This document shows, piece after piece, positions 11,374 through 21,258 of a DNA stretch of 64,000 nt (within the stretch, counting starts at the first letter, position 1; every line of letters begins with the position of its first letter). Source of the DNA: an uncultured Gammaproteobacteria bacterium (GTDB taxonomy: Bacteria > Pseudomonadota > Gammaproteobacteria > JAIEPX01); NCBI GenBank assembly GCA_963725255.1, contig CAVRXV010000008.1, positions 50,159-114,158 on the forward strand. Direction: 5' to 3'. A program made the translations under genes and the position numbers. The notes under the pieces were generated by a model. It worked only from the letters and a program-made list of their open reading frames with translations. It did not search any database and was not told the origin of the DNA.

Positions 11374-12215
11374 ATGTGGATTAAAAAAATTAAATATACC
11401 TTCATTGTGTGTCTGCTGTTATCGCCCATTGCGATTTTTGGATGGAGTGGTGTTGGGCATAAAATTGTGGCCAATATTGCCTATGATCATCTAACGCCAG
11501 AGGCAAAAAAAGCGGTAGATCAATTAACTTTTGATCCTGAGAAGCGATATTCAGGGCGTAGTCGTTTCGTTTATTGGTCGACATGGGCAGACTGGTCGCG
11601 GGATCGAGGGGACAATCGATTTCGACTATGGCATTACATTGATTTGCCACTATCAGATAATATCGCTAAAACCCGCCCCCCAATGCAATCAATGCTGTTT
11701 ATGGCATTAATCATTGCCAAGTTGTACTGAGAAACGCAACGGCTAGTGTCGAGGATCAACAAACGTGTTTGAAGTTGTTGATTCATATCGTGGGGGATAT
11801 TCATCAGCCCTTACATGCGATAAATCGATACAGTGCTTATCATCCTAGAGGTGATCAAGGCGGTAATAGCTATTTGATTCGCAGTAAAGTGGCAGACAAT
11901 TTACATGCGTATTGGGATCGTGGACTAGGGAAATTTACGCCTTTGCAACGACGTCAGGTCACTACGGGTGTGCGAATTTGGCAGTATGCTGAAGAAATTG
12001 AGGAGCGATATCCTGTGGGTCAGACCCCAGATAGGTTACCTATAGAGTGGGCGAATGAAAGCCGAGCTATCGCGGAGTCTTATGTTTATCAAATTCCTGA
12101 AGGAGCTTCGCCAACCAAGGACTACCATGATAAAGGGATCATCATCATGGAAGAGCGGTTGGCGCTGGCTGGGTATCGATTGGCGGCTATGCTGAACTCG
12201 ATCTATACTAAGTGA
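11374..12215 (+). pseudogene. S1/P1-type secreted nuclease, split by a frameshift (ORFs 11374-11730 and 11769-12215)
   Basis: N-terminal WSGVGHKIVA and WHYIDLP blocks lie in one frame. The HIVGDIHQPLH and GGN blocks lie in another frame. The first ORF ends in a non-homologous tail. Confidence 0.55.
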
Positions 12216-12216
12216 T

Positions 12217-12326
12217 GGAAGGGGTCGGAAGGTGTCAGATCTAAGATTGATACATTCTTAAAGGGTTAAAGCAGTAATTTTATTTATCATGTAAAGAATG
12301 TATCAATCTTAGATCTGACACCTTCC
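12217..12326. repeat. MITE-like inverted repeat (GGAAGGTGTCAGATCTAAGATTGATACATTC ... inverted copy)
   Basis: Arms of about 35 bp with near-perfect complementarity flank a 40-bp loop. GTGTCAGATCT subfamily. Confidence 0.8.
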
Positions 12327-12344
12327 GCTAGCAAGGACGCATAT

Positions 12345-13427
12345 ATGAACATTTTAGTGGCAGGTGCCGGTCAAATCGGTTCTTTGTTAGCCCAGCTATT
12401 GGCGGCAGGGGGGTACAAAGTGCATTTGGTTGACAGTAACGCTGATCATTTTTCCAAGCTGTCGGCGTTGTCTAATTTGACGACTGTCGCAATGAATGTA
12501 ATGTCGGGCGTTGATCTCGAAGCTTATATCAAAAACAACGCTATTGAAGCCTTGGTGGCTTGCTTACCTTACTATTGTAATTTCTCCATCGCTGAAATGG
12601 CTGCTCTTTGCAATTGCCATTATTTTGATTTAACCGAAGACGTTAAAACAGTGTCGGCCGTACAAGAATTGGCCCAAGGGAAGGCTCAGGCTTTCGTATC
12701 ACGCTGTGGGGTTGCGCCAGGCTATATCAATATCTTAGCCCATCACCTGATGCAAAATTTCGAAAGCTTAGATTGTGTGAAATTGCGCGCGGGCTGTTTG
12801 CCACAACATGCTACCAATAGTCTTCATTATGCTCTGGCCTGGTCTATTGATGGGCTGATCAATGAATACGGGAACATGTGCCCAGCTCTCGTCGATGGAA
12901 AAAAGACCTATTTACAGCCATTGGAAGACTTAGAAATGGTTGAGCTAGATGGGGTAATGTATGAGGCGTTTAACACGTCTGGCGGGATTGGTGGGCTGCA
13001 TGACCGTTATGAGGGCAAGGTTAACACCCTCAATTATAAAAGCATGAGATATCCTGGGCATGCTGACCGGATGAAGTTTTTAATGCAGGATCTCAAATTG
13101 AATGATGATCGAGAGGTCCTCAAAAAGATCTTGTTAAGAGCCCTGCCCAAGACAGATAGCGATGTGATGATCATCTATGTATCGGTGTCAGGCATGCGAG
13201 AAGGGGAGTTCTTTGAAGAGAATACCCTGAAAAAGATCTATCCCAAAACCCTGTTTGATAAGCGTCATTCGGCCATTCAAGTCGCTACGGCTAGCAGCGC
13301 TGCGACCGTTATAGACCTCGTGTTAAGCAATAAGAAATCCTATCAAGGCTTTGTTTATCAAGAAGATATTAGTCTTGATCAGTTTATGGCCTCATCATTT
13401 GCTGTCCCATACAAAGACCTGTTGTAA
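12345..13427 (+). CDS. Saccharopine dehydrogenase-like NAD(P)-binding oxidoreductase
   Basis: The N-terminal Rossmann motif ILVAGAGQIGS is followed by the saccharopine dehydrogenase fold. Length is 360 aa. Confidence 0.7.
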   Translation: MNILVAGAGQIGSLLAQLLAAGGYKVHLVDSNADHFSKLSALSNLTTVAMNVMSGVDLEAYIKNNAIEALVACLPYYCNFSIAEMAALCNCHYFDLTEDVKTVSAVQELAQGKAQAFVSRCGVAPGYINILAHHLMQNFESLDCVKLRAGCLPQHATNSLHYALAWSIDGLINEYGNMCPALVDGKKTYLQPLEDLEMVELDGVMYEAFNTSGGIGGLHDRYEGKVNTLNYKSMRYPGHADRMKFLMQDLKLNDDREVLKKILLRALPKTDSDVMIIYVSVSGMREGEFFEENTLKKIYPKTLFDKRHSAIQVATASSAATVIDLVLSNKKSYQGFVYQEDISLDQFMASSFAVPYKDLL

Positions 13428-13682
13428 TTTCTGCTACCTGAGACAAACGCTCATATTTTGCCAATCTCGCGTGAAAAATGGGATTAAAAATGCTCATTTA
13501 CATGAGTAAACTCCGCCTTTTTAATCCCATTTTTGACGCGACCTTGACTAAAATCTGAGCATTTTACCACTTCCATACTTTAAATGAGCAGCCATCCGAG
13601 GGCTGAATGGCTTGGTGGGCGGGCATTTGATTTTAAAATAAGATAAAAATATGAGTTGACGTCCTATATTAGCATAAAATAC

Positions 13683-13711
13683 TTGACATTCATAATTTAT
13701 TGGCATAGAAT
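13683..13711 (+). promoter_or_regulatory. Sigma70-like promoter TTGACA-17 bp-TAGAAT
   Basis: Near-consensus -35 and -10 elements with a 17-bp spacer lie about 30 bp upstream of the 13741 start. Confidence 0.5.
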
Positions 13712-13740
13712 GACACCACTATTAAACAATATAGAGGTAT

Positions 13741-14451
13741 ATGAGTATGAAAAAGGTAGCGCAAGAAGCGGGGAGTCCGAGTCGCATAGTGATGTCAGAT
13801 AGTGTTGAAGAAAGTGCTTTATTGGAATCAATACTAGCCGATACAGCTGAAGTTACAGCTAGTGTTGGAAAGCTAACTCAAACAGTATTGGATAAATATT
13901 TACAAAGTAAAGAAGGCCTGGAAGAGATTTTTCGTTTGGCGGAACAACAATTTCCAGAGCTTAATGCTGAACGTATTGCAGCGATTGCAGCGCATACTAA
14001 ACTAAAATTAATAATACAGGATAACACAGTAGATAATATTCTGAATATTGAAGCATTACTCAGTGATTCTGGCTCAACTAAAGTAATTACAGATAATATT
14101 CAAATAGTTGAGAGTTTTGTAAAGAATTTCAAAAGCTTAGTTTTAGCTCGAGAAAGTATTATGGATTCAGCATTTGTTAACAAGGCTATTGGTCTCGCTG
14201 TTATGGTACTCGGTGCTCTCAGCACATTATTAGGTGCATTAGCAATGGCTGTGAGCTTAGGTGCGATTAGCACAGGTGTTTTAGCTCCTGTTGGTGTTGT
14301 CGGTGCGAACGCCAGTGCTGGCATGATGGGTGGTGGTGTAACTACTTTTGCTTTTGGAGTAGGTTTCTTTGCTCATGGGCGAAATATCACGCCTAAAGCA
14401 GCTCAAGAACCACTGTTGGAAAGTCAAGTACGTACGGTTGCTCAAGACTAA
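13741..14451 (+). CDS. Hypothetical protein with C-terminal Gly/Ala-rich hydrophobic (glycine-zipper-like) segment
   Basis: 236-aa ORF with an upstream promoter and a downstream terminator. No known domain. Confidence 0.5.
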   Translation: MSMKKVAQEAGSPSRIVMSDSVEESALLESILADTAEVTASVGKLTQTVLDKYLQSKEGLEEIFRLAEQQFPELNAERIAAIAAHTKLKLIIQDNTVDNILNIEALLSDSGSTKVITDNIQIVESFVKNFKSLVLARESIMDSAFVNKAIGLAVMVLGALSTLLGALAMAVSLGAISTGVLAPVGVVGANASAGMMGGGVTTFAFGVGFFAHGRNITPKAAQEPLLESQVRTVAQD

Positions 14452-14471
14452 GCTCTGTTCTGATCTAAAGA

Positions 14472-14497
14472 AGCCAGGTTTATCCTGGCTTTTTTTT
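14472..14497 (+). terminator. Rho-independent terminator (AGCCAGG-loop-CCTGGCT + T8)
   Basis: GC stem-loop immediately followed by a T-run, just downstream of the 13741-14451 ORF. Confidence 0.7.
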
Positions 14498-14623
14498 GGC
14501 TTTACGTCATCGCTACGCCTTGGCTATCGAGGTTAATAGGAGTGCGCAATAATGAAGTGGTAAAACCACCCACTCAGGTTTTCATTTAGCCTCTGGAGCG
14601 AATAGGTATCAGGATGATAGCGA

Positions 14624-14716
14624 GAGGGAAGGGGTCAAGTCTAAATTAATCAATTAATTTAGACTTGACCCCTTCCCCATTCTTCTAAGAAAGTAGCAAT
14701 CTTAGACTTGACCCCA
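14624..14716. repeat. MITE-like palindrome (GGGAAGGGGTCAAGTCTAAATTAAT...) plus an adjacent half-copy
   Basis: Perfect palindrome at 14625-14677. Extra terminal-repeat copy at 14690-14716. Confidence 0.8.
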
Positions 14717-14763
14717 TAGTGCTGGTATTCTTAGCTTTTTATGGCAGTGATAAAAGGTGAAGG

Positions 14764-16158
14764 ATGCTTAGAATCTACAATAGTTTGACCCAGCAAAAAG
14801 AGGAATTTGTGCCTCTGATTCCAGGTAAAGTCGGGATGTATGTCTGTGGGATGACAGTCTATGATTTTTGTCATATTGGCCACGGCCGGATATTCGTCGT
14901 ATTTGACATGGTGTCTCGTTATTTACGATACGCGGGTTTTGACGTTACTTACGTCAGAAATATCACGGATATCGATGATAAAATTATTCAACGGGCAAAT
15001 GAAAATAATGAATCAATTGAATCTTTAACCGAACGTAACATTATTGCGATGCATGAAGATGAAGCAGCTTTAGGCGTTTTATTGCCTGATCTGGAACCCA
15101 AAGCAACGCAGCATATCCCTAGTATTATCAATATGATAGAAGCGTTAATTAAACAAGATTATGCGTATGTGGCTGAGAATGGTGATGTGTATTATTCCGT
15201 GAATAAATTCAAACATTACGGAGAGCTGGCTCATCAAGACATGGAAAAATTACAAGCCGGGCATCGTGTGGATGTCACTGAAGTTAAGCGTGAACCTTTG
15301 GATTTTGTTTTGTGGAAATTAGCAAAACCGAACGAGCCTCATTGGCCATCTCCCTGGGGTGAAGGGCGACCGGGTTGGCATATAGAATGTTCTGCGATGT
15401 CTACTGAAACGTTGGGTAAACATTTTGATTTGCACGGGGGTGGGTTAGATCTGGTGTTTCCTCATCACCAAAATGAAATCGCACAATCCGAAGGCGCCAA
15501 CGGATGTAAGATGGTGAATACTTGGATGCACATCGGATTTGTTCAAGTTAATCAAGAAAAAATGGCTAAATCATTGGGGAATTTTTTTACGATTCGTGAT
15601 GTGTTGAAAACGGTTGATCCCGAAGTGATTCGCTATTTTATGTTAGCCAGTCATTATCGAAGTCCTATTAGTTATTCCAATGAAAATTTAGCCAGTGCAG
15701 AAATGGCGCTGAGACGATTTTATTTATGTTTGCGTGAAATGCCCAATGCCCCCGAACCTGTTGAGACGGATTATGAGCAGCGTTTTGTGAACTCGATGAA
15801 TGATGATTTTAATACGCCCGAAGCGATTGCCGTTTTGTTTGATATGGCTCGAGAGGTTAATCGTCTTAAAAAGCAAGGACGACATGAAGCTGCTGCAGGT
15901 ATTGCGACTCAAGTCAAACGACTAGGTGGCGTGTTGGGAATTTTGCAGCGTGATGCTATTACCTTTTTGCAAGCGGGTGTATCTACAGAAGAGCGGCAAG
16001 AAATAGAAGCGCTTATAGCCGAGAGAGCTCAAGCTCGAGTGAATAAAGATTGGGCACGGGCAGATGCCATTAGAGAGCAACTTCATCAAAAAGGCATTGA
16101 ATTAGAAGACCGACCGAGTGAAACAATTTGGCATAGAAGGGTAGAAGGCGAGCTGTAA
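14764..16158 (+). CDS. cysS: Cysteine--tRNA ligase
   Basis: HIGH motif (CHIGHGR) and KMSKS-like motif (KMAKSLGN) are present. Zn-binding Cys residues and length are collinear with CysS. Confidence 0.92.
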   Translation: MLRIYNSLTQQKEEFVPLIPGKVGMYVCGMTVYDFCHIGHGRIFVVFDMVSRYLRYAGFDVTYVRNITDIDDKIIQRANENNESIESLTERNIIAMHEDEAALGVLLPDLEPKATQHIPSIINMIEALIKQDYAYVAENGDVYYSVNKFKHYGELAHQDMEKLQAGHRVDVTEVKREPLDFVLWKLAKPNEPHWPSPWGEGRPGWHIECSAMSTETLGKHFDLHGGGLDLVFPHHQNEIAQSEGANGCKMVNTWMHIGFVQVNQEKMAKSLGNFFTIRDVLKTVDPEVIRYFMLASHYRSPISYSNENLASAEMALRRFYLCLREMPNAPEPVETDYEQRFVNSMNDDFNTPEAIAVLFDMAREVNRLKKQGRHEAAAGIATQVKRLGGVLGILQRDAITFLQAGVSTEERQEIEALIAERAQARVNKDWARADAIREQLHQKGIELEDRPSETIWHRRVEGEL

Positions 16159-16191
16159 AAAAAACCCGCTCATGATTGTGTCGTGAGCGGG
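16157..16191 (-). terminator. Rho-independent terminator for the minus-strand lipoprotein gene (stem CCCGCTCA/TGAGCGGG plus U-run)
   Basis: On the minus strand a stem-loop is followed by T8. It may also act bidirectionally after cysS. Confidence 0.6.
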
Positions 16192-16234
16192 TAATCTTGA
16201 ACTGAACTAAACTAATGGAGATTAGTTTGTTTTT

Positions 16235-16564
16235 TCAGTTGGAGCAGCTGGCGCAGGAGAGCAGCTTGATCTGCTGGTTTAGGCTCTTCAGCTTTGGAGC
16301 TACAGGAGCAGCTGGTGTTGCAGTAGTCTCAGTAGACGGAGCTGCAGCAACTGGAGCTTCTTTCTTCTCTTCAGTCACTTTCTTCTCTTCTGTGACTTTC
16401 TTGTCTTCTGTCACTTTACCAGCTTCAGCTTTAGCTTCACCAGCTGGTGCAGAAGTAGATGCCATTTCTTCGGTATCTTCTTTTGCTTGTTCACGTTCGC
16501 CACAGCCAGCGAGGCTAAGAGCGAAGATCAATGCGCTAATTGCAATTAGACCTCTCTTTAACAT
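16235..16564 (-). CDS. Lipoprotein with Lys/Glu-rich KVTEEKK repeats
   Basis: Signal peptide plus lipobox LAGC. Repeats KVTEDKK/KVTEEKK x3. The opposite-strand ORF 16215-16589 is low-complexity and was rejected. Confidence 0.55.
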   Translation of the reverse strand: MLKRGLIAISALIFALSLAGCGEREQAKEDTEEMASTSAPAGEAKAEAGKVTEDKKVTEEKKVTEEKKEAPVAAAPSTETTATPAAPVAPKLKSLNQQIKLLSCASCSN

Positions 16565-16693
16565 ATATCATCCCCTTTTCACGGTTTAAAAATCTCGATA
16601 TCAGCACTACAGCACTCATATCGTTTACAGGTATACATCATTGTATACACATTCGTTAACAGAAACGGCGTATTCTATCAGCGGTTTTTTACA

Positions 16694-17443
16694 TTAGCAA
16701 CGAATTGTTTCGATTTCAGTAGGGATATGTTGATCTACTTGTTCAATAGATGTTTCAGTCGGAGTATTTTGGGCCGAAACGTTTCGTCTTACTGAAGGAA
16801 AATAACTGAGCACCTGGGAGAATAGAGAGTAAGTGGTTTGCTCAGAGGGTGCAGAAGCTACCTGAGAACATGACGGTGTGAATTGTGGCTCCACAAGATT
16901 AGTGTAAATATCGGTCAATCTTTCAACTTGTACTGCATATTTGCTAAACAGTTCATAGAGTCCGGCGTCTTTATGGCGATGTTCTGTTTTGCTCTTTTGG
17001 TGAAGCTGCTTAATGTGGCCAAACAATTGAGATTGTTCAATAGGAAACTTACTCATCACAAGACCTAATTTTGTTTCATGTTTTCCTCTCGAGTCTACAA
17101 CAAATTGCTTCTGTAAAACTCGATCGAACAACTGTTTTGTTCTTTTGAAAATTTCAGTGCATATCGGGTGACCAGAACCCTGATTATGATAATTAAAAAA
17201 TTGTCCAAATACGCTGGCACTCAGTTGGAACTGTTCGAAACAGAAAATTAAAATTTCCTGCTTTGAAACAGTGTTTTGTTCTGACTGTAATTTATTTCTG
17301 AATTCTTTTATCGCGAGTGTTCGAGACACGAGAGTGTCGAATAAATGAACCCGAGGATCTTTGTAAGAATCAATTAAGGTTTGAGTGATAGCCTTAATTT
17401 CTTCCTCAGTGAACTCTGGTAAGGGACCTTTATTGACCTTCAC
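16694..17443 (-). CDS. Hypothetical protein, 249 aa (third gene of a 3-gene operon)
   Basis: ORF separated by 3 nt from the upstream gene. No known domain. Confidence 0.5.
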   Translation of the reverse strand: MKVNKGPLPEFTEEEIKAITQTLIDSYKDPRVHLFDTLVSRTLAIKEFRNKLQSEQNTVSKQEILIFCFEQFQLSASVFGQFFNYHNQGSGHPICTEIFKRTKQLFDRVLQKQFVVDSRGKHETKLGLVMSKFPIEQSQLFGHIKQLHQKSKTEHRHKDAGLYELFSKYAVQVERLTDIYTNLVEPQFTPSCSQVASAPSEQTTYSLFSQVLSYFPSVRRNVSAQNTPTETSIEQVDQHIPTEIETIRC

Positions 17444-17445
17444 AC

Positions 17446-17757
17446 TTACCCCGCAACCGATAGTGTTTTGGGTTCGTGAGTGAGCGTTTCAGCAACATAG
17501 GAGTATACTTGAGCTTTGCGTTGAACACTTAATCCTAGAGTGATTGCGCTGACGAGTGATCTTTGTACTTGTTGAGATTTGGAACAATCTTTTTGTGTTT
17601 TTGTTGGGCTAGATTTTATTTGTTGATTCTCTTTAATAGTTTCTGTGACTTGATCACTTAATTTCTTCGTTTCTTTTTCTAAAGATGATGTTTGACTCGC
17701 AATAAAATGAAGTTTCGAAAGTGCGCTTGCATAATGCGGATTAGTATTTTTGGTCAT
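17446..17757 (-). CDS. Hypothetical small coiled-coil protein, 103 aa
   Basis: Overlaps the upstream gene's stop by 17 nt, which suggests translational coupling. Confidence 0.45.
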   Translation of the reverse strand: MTKNTNPHYASALSKLHFIASQTSSLEKETKKLSDQVTETIKENQQIKSSPTKTQKDCSKSQQVQRSLVSAITLGLSVQRKAQVYSYVAETLTHEPKTLSVAG

Positions 17758-19510
17758 CTGGAGTTAGAGCAGGCACGCATGCTCGGCTAATAGATTCGCA
17801 GCGCTCTTTTTGTTGTTCATTTAACCATAAGATAGCGGTGGCTTTGGTTGCATCTTGATTTCTAATCGCAGTTTCCGTTACCGGTAGTACGTCATTGCTG
17901 ACACTTAATGTGGCTATCTGAGAATCGCGTTTTGTAGCGGTTTCTTTATAGCTTTTACGAATGACTTTGTTTAAGTGTTGAATGTCACCATATTGCTGCC
18001 ATAAATTTCCCACTTGGGTAAAGTGAAGAGTGAAGAGTGCGCCTAAATAATTTCCTAATCGAGTCCAAAAACTAGTAGGTCTAAAATCTAAAGACAATAT
18101 TTTTAGTTGACCTTGGAATTGGACAAAACTTAATTCTCCTTTGGCAAAACGAGTAACTTGTTTCGCTAATTCTTTTTTATATGAAGGTAAGTCAGAATTA
18201 TTATTGGACTTTTCTGTAACTTTACAAATGAAATTTTCGTAACTAAGACCATTTTCGGGTACTGTAATTTCCAAAAACTCTGCTAAGAGTTGTTGGTTAT
18301 CTGGCACATTGTCGATCTCGAGAATTTTATCTTTAAGTTGTATCCAGTTATGATCAAAAGCTAATTTGCGTATATTGGCTTTGAAAACAGTTTCGTTTAT
18401 TTGACCTTGTTCAAATTGCTCGATGTTTTTTCGTAGAGCTTGTTTTTCAGGGCCTAATTTTTTCTTCGATCTATCGATAGCAATTAGAGGTTTTATGATA
18501 TTGAGAATCTGCGCTCTTTTATAATGTGAGCTAAAAAGTAGATATTGGTAAATTTGATCATGTGATTGTTCGTAGAGAGATGTTACTGATCTAATAATTC
18601 GTTGATAATCCGGCTGAGTTTTCAGTATGGTTAGCGGAGATAGAATATTTTCCAGTACGATATAGAGATCAGCAATGGAGCGGTATGGATCAAAAGTATC
18701 ATCGAGATCTGAATCTGACGGCGGAAAATTCCAATCTTTTGGGAAGGAGGGTAGTTGTTGAGCATCACTCTTTCTAAATAGGGTTTTATTATAACCGGTT
18801 AACTCATTCGTTAATCTGAATAATGCATTCCTGCGATGGAATTCTGCGAACATGTTTTCTAAGGGGTTAGAAGATTTCAGGAGGCTGTTACAAGAGGCTT
18901 CGATTATTTGATTGTAGAGTTGGTAACCAGAATCCACAGCGTTTAAACTGTTATTAAAGGAGTTATCAAGTCCGTAAGCTCCGTTAAATAAAGTAAAATC
19001 ATCGATTTTCCCATTGCGAAATGCTTCCATCTTTTCAGATGATGCTGCTATAAAAGGGTAATGAGTTGATATTAGAGTTTTCGGTAATTTTTCAATTAAT
19101 TCTTTAGCTCGAAACTGATTATGAAGTGCTTTATACATAGGGCCATTGTCTGCCCAAAAAGATTCGTAATGTTCATGACTGAGTACAACTAATTTAGAGC
19201 GAAGCAATAATAAATCGTTGTGATAGCCAATTTTAGGTTCAGGGGGTGTTGCATTCTGGGTATTGTGTTCAGCTGTTGTTGCATTCTGGGTTTTTTGCGT
19301 AGGGCTTAGTGGAGGTGATGAATCAACAGGAGAAGTTGATCCACTTGAATCACTACAGTGCTCTAGTGCATCTAACGCATCCTGATCTTTCTTAGGTATA
19401 ATTAATGGAATCTTTCCAAGTTGATCTCCTGCTTCAGCAATGTTAAAAGCTGTTCCTTTAGTAAGAAGAACATCCTGAGAACCTAAATCAACATGTTTAC
19501 CTTTCTTCAT
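17741..19510 (-). CDS. Hypothetical protein about 589 aa, N-terminal Ser/Pro/Thr-rich region with 10-aa tandem repeat. Effector-like.
   Basis: Start reassigned to MKKGKHVD, preceded by GGAGGG. A 30-bp tandem repeat at 19245-19300 encodes TQNATTAEHN/TQNATPPEPK. Confidence 0.55.
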   Translation of the reverse strand: MKKGKHVDLGSQDVLLTKGTAFNIAEAGDQLGKIPLIIPKKDQDALDALEHCSDSSGSTSPVDSSPPLSPTQKTQNATTAEHNTQNATPPEPKIGYHNDLLLLRSKLVVLSHEHYESFWADNGPMYKALHNQFRAKELIEKLPKTLISTHYPFIAASSEKMEAFRNGKIDDFTLFNGAYGLDNSFNNSLNAVDSGYQLYNQIIEASCNSLLKSSNPLENMFAEFHRRNALFRLTNELTGYNKTLFRKSDAQQLPSFPKDWNFPPSDSDLDDTFDPYRSIADLYIVLENILSPLTILKTQPDYQRIIRSVTSLYEQSHDQIYQYLLFSSHYKRAQILNIIKPLIAIDRSKKKLGPEKQALRKNIEQFEQGQINETVFKANIRKLAFDHNWIQLKDKILEIDNVPDNQQLLAEFLEITVPENGLSYENFICKVTEKSNNNSDLPSYKKELAKQVTRFAKGELSFVQFQGQLKILSLDFRPTSFWTRLGNYLGALFTLHFTQVGNLWQQYGDIQHLNKVIRKSYKETATKRDSQIATLSVSNDVLPVTETAIRNQDATKATAILWLNEQQKERCESISRACVPALTPDDQKY

Positions 19511-19663
19511 GGTACCCTCCATTGTTGGGCGCATTGTAAAGTATCTTTTATTAAAAAGCTATTATTTTACATAATCTTCAGCATATTATTATGGTGATGA
19601 AAACAAGTGATGCATGTTAAATAAAGATGTGCAAGATGGAAGATTAATACAATTTAATGGTTA

Positions 19664-19732
19664 AGGTGTCAGATCTCAGATTGATATAACTCTAACAATT
19701 AAAAGAAAGTGTTAATATCAGACCTGACACCT
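19664..19732. repeat. MITE-like inverted repeat (GGTGTCAGATCTCAGATTGATAT ... inverted copy)
   Basis: Arms of about 22 bp flank an AT-rich loop. Same family as 12217-12326. Confidence 0.75.
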
Positions 19733-19740
19733 TAACAAAA

Positions 19741-20589
19741 TTGCAAATGAGTATATACTCTCACACTTTAGCGTTGTATCGTGTGTGTGGCGCACGATTA
19801 TTGAGGAACTGGATGGCAAGTCACTCCGCATTTCCCAAAATGGATCATTGGATCTATCATCCGCATGGGCGCTATTTATTAGAAGCTGAGCGTAAAGCGT
19901 TGGCGTCTTTGTTGCCTCGTTATTTTGGCTATCATCTATTGCAATTGGGTGGGCCTTTACACTTTGATTTATTAGAAACGAGTTTAATTAATCATCATAT
20001 TCGACTAGCCGATGAAATATCCCCCGGATTCGATGGATCTTCAGTTGAAGCAGAATTTGATGAGTTGCCCTTTTTGCCGGATAGCATCGATCTTGTGGTG
20101 ATGCCGCATACCTTGGACCGACTTCAGAAACCTCAGGACTTATTAAAATCAGTATATGATGTGTTGATTCCCGAAGGGCACGTTATTATTTTAGGGTATA
20201 ATGCTTGGAGTTTATGGCGTTTAGCCAAAATTTGTCGACGTCATGATGCCATGTTGCAGCGTGCACAATTTCATGGTGCTGGGCAAGTTAGACGATGGTT
20301 GCACCATGCAGGATTTCAAATTGTGTATCATAAGAGTGTGGCTCATCGTCCCCCTATATCAGATGAAGCCTGGCTGAAACGATTTTTGTTTTTGGAACCT
20401 ATGGGGCAATTATTATGGCCTCATTTGGGGGCGGTTCATTTAATTGTTGCTCAAAAAAGAGTCTTACCTTTTACCGCTATCCGAACATGCATTAAAAAAA
20501 GTTTGGTTCGAGTGGGTGAACATGTAACTGAACCCAGCACGTTGGAATCTCATCGACGTGAGTCACAGCATCTTCCGCTTAAGGATTGA
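19741..20589 (+). CDS. SAM-dependent methyltransferase, YafS-like
   Basis: Class I methyltransferase-like core. It lies immediately upstream of rnhA-dnaQ, as yafS does in E. coli. Confidence 0.55.
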   Translation: MQMSIYSHTLALYRVCGARLLRNWMASHSAFPKMDHWIYHPHGRYLLEAERKALASLLPRYFGYHLLQLGGPLHFDLLETSLINHHIRLADEISPGFDGSSVEAEFDELPFLPDSIDLVVMPHTLDRLQKPQDLLKSVYDVLIPEGHVIILGYNAWSLWRLAKICRRHDAMLQRAQFHGAGQVRRWLHHAGFQIVYHKSVAHRPPISDEAWLKRFLFLEPMGQLLWPHLGAVHLIVAQKRVLPFTAIRTCIKKSLVRVGEHVTEPSTLESHRRESQHLPLKD

Positions 20590-20619
20590 GGGTGTTTTTT
20601 TGTCTCTCAATGCCATTTT

Positions 20620-20720
20620 CAGGGGTGTTGATTTTAAAAGCGGGAGATGCTTCCTTTACTATATTTAGGAGAGAGAATCACGGTTCTCTCCCCTAAAACC
20701 CCTCATCGTGAAAGGAAGCT
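20620..20720. repeat. Second repeat family: nested palindrome containing GGGAGATGCTTCCTTTACTATATTTAGGAGAGAGAATC
   Basis: Shares about 60 bp with 28756-28870. Internal inverted repeats GCTTCCTTTAC/GTGAAAGGAAGC and GGAGAGAGAA/TTCTCTCC. Confidence 0.65.
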
Positions 20721-20808
20721 TTTCTGCCCCCTTTCTTGTTTCCTTTCAAAGTATTGATCTTAGATCTGACACCTTTTAGTCTTAATCATAATCAAGTATC
20801 CTCGGAGC

Positions 20809-21249
20809 ATGAAAGTTTTAATCTACACTGATGGCGCATGTCGTGGAAATCCAGGTCCCGGAGGGTGGGGGGCTGTGTTGCGCTTTGGTGATAAAGAGAA
20901 ACATCTTAAAGGTTCGGAAAAGATGACAACGAATAATAGGATGGAATTAACAGCAGCCATTCAGGCGTTGCGGGGTTTAAATCGGGCGTGTGATATCGAA
21001 ATTACTACAGATTCTAATTATTTGCGCGATGGCATTACGAGTTGGCTTGCAAATTGGAAAAAAAATAATTGGCGAAATAGCGCAAATAAACCGGTAAAAA
21101 ATCAAGATTTATGGGAAGAGTTGGAAATCGAAGTGACTCGACATCAGATTCGATGGCATTGGGTGAAAGGGCATAGTGGTCACCCAGAGAATGATTTAGC
21201 TGATCAATTGGCCAATGAAGCGATTGATGAATTATTGGCTACGGATTGA
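20809..21249 (+). CDS. rnhA: Ribonuclease HI
   Basis: 146 aa. [23 protein letters not shown] and the catalytic D/E/D pattern are present. Confidence 0.92.
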   Translation: MKVLIYTDGACRGNPGPGGWGAVLRFGDKEKHLKGSEKMTTNNRMELTAAIQALRGLNRACDIEITTDSNYLRDGITSWLANWKKNNWRNSANKPVKNQDLWEELEIEVTRHQIRWHWVKGHSGHPENDLADQLANEAIDELLATD

Positions 21250-21258
21250 GGACGCTTT

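Noticed and set aside
16215-16589. Plus-strand 124-aa ORF opposite the lipoprotein gene
   Set aside because: Its translation is low-complexity (A/G/V/S). The minus-strand frame has a signal peptide, a lipobox and its own terminator, so the plus ORF is taken as an antisense artefact.
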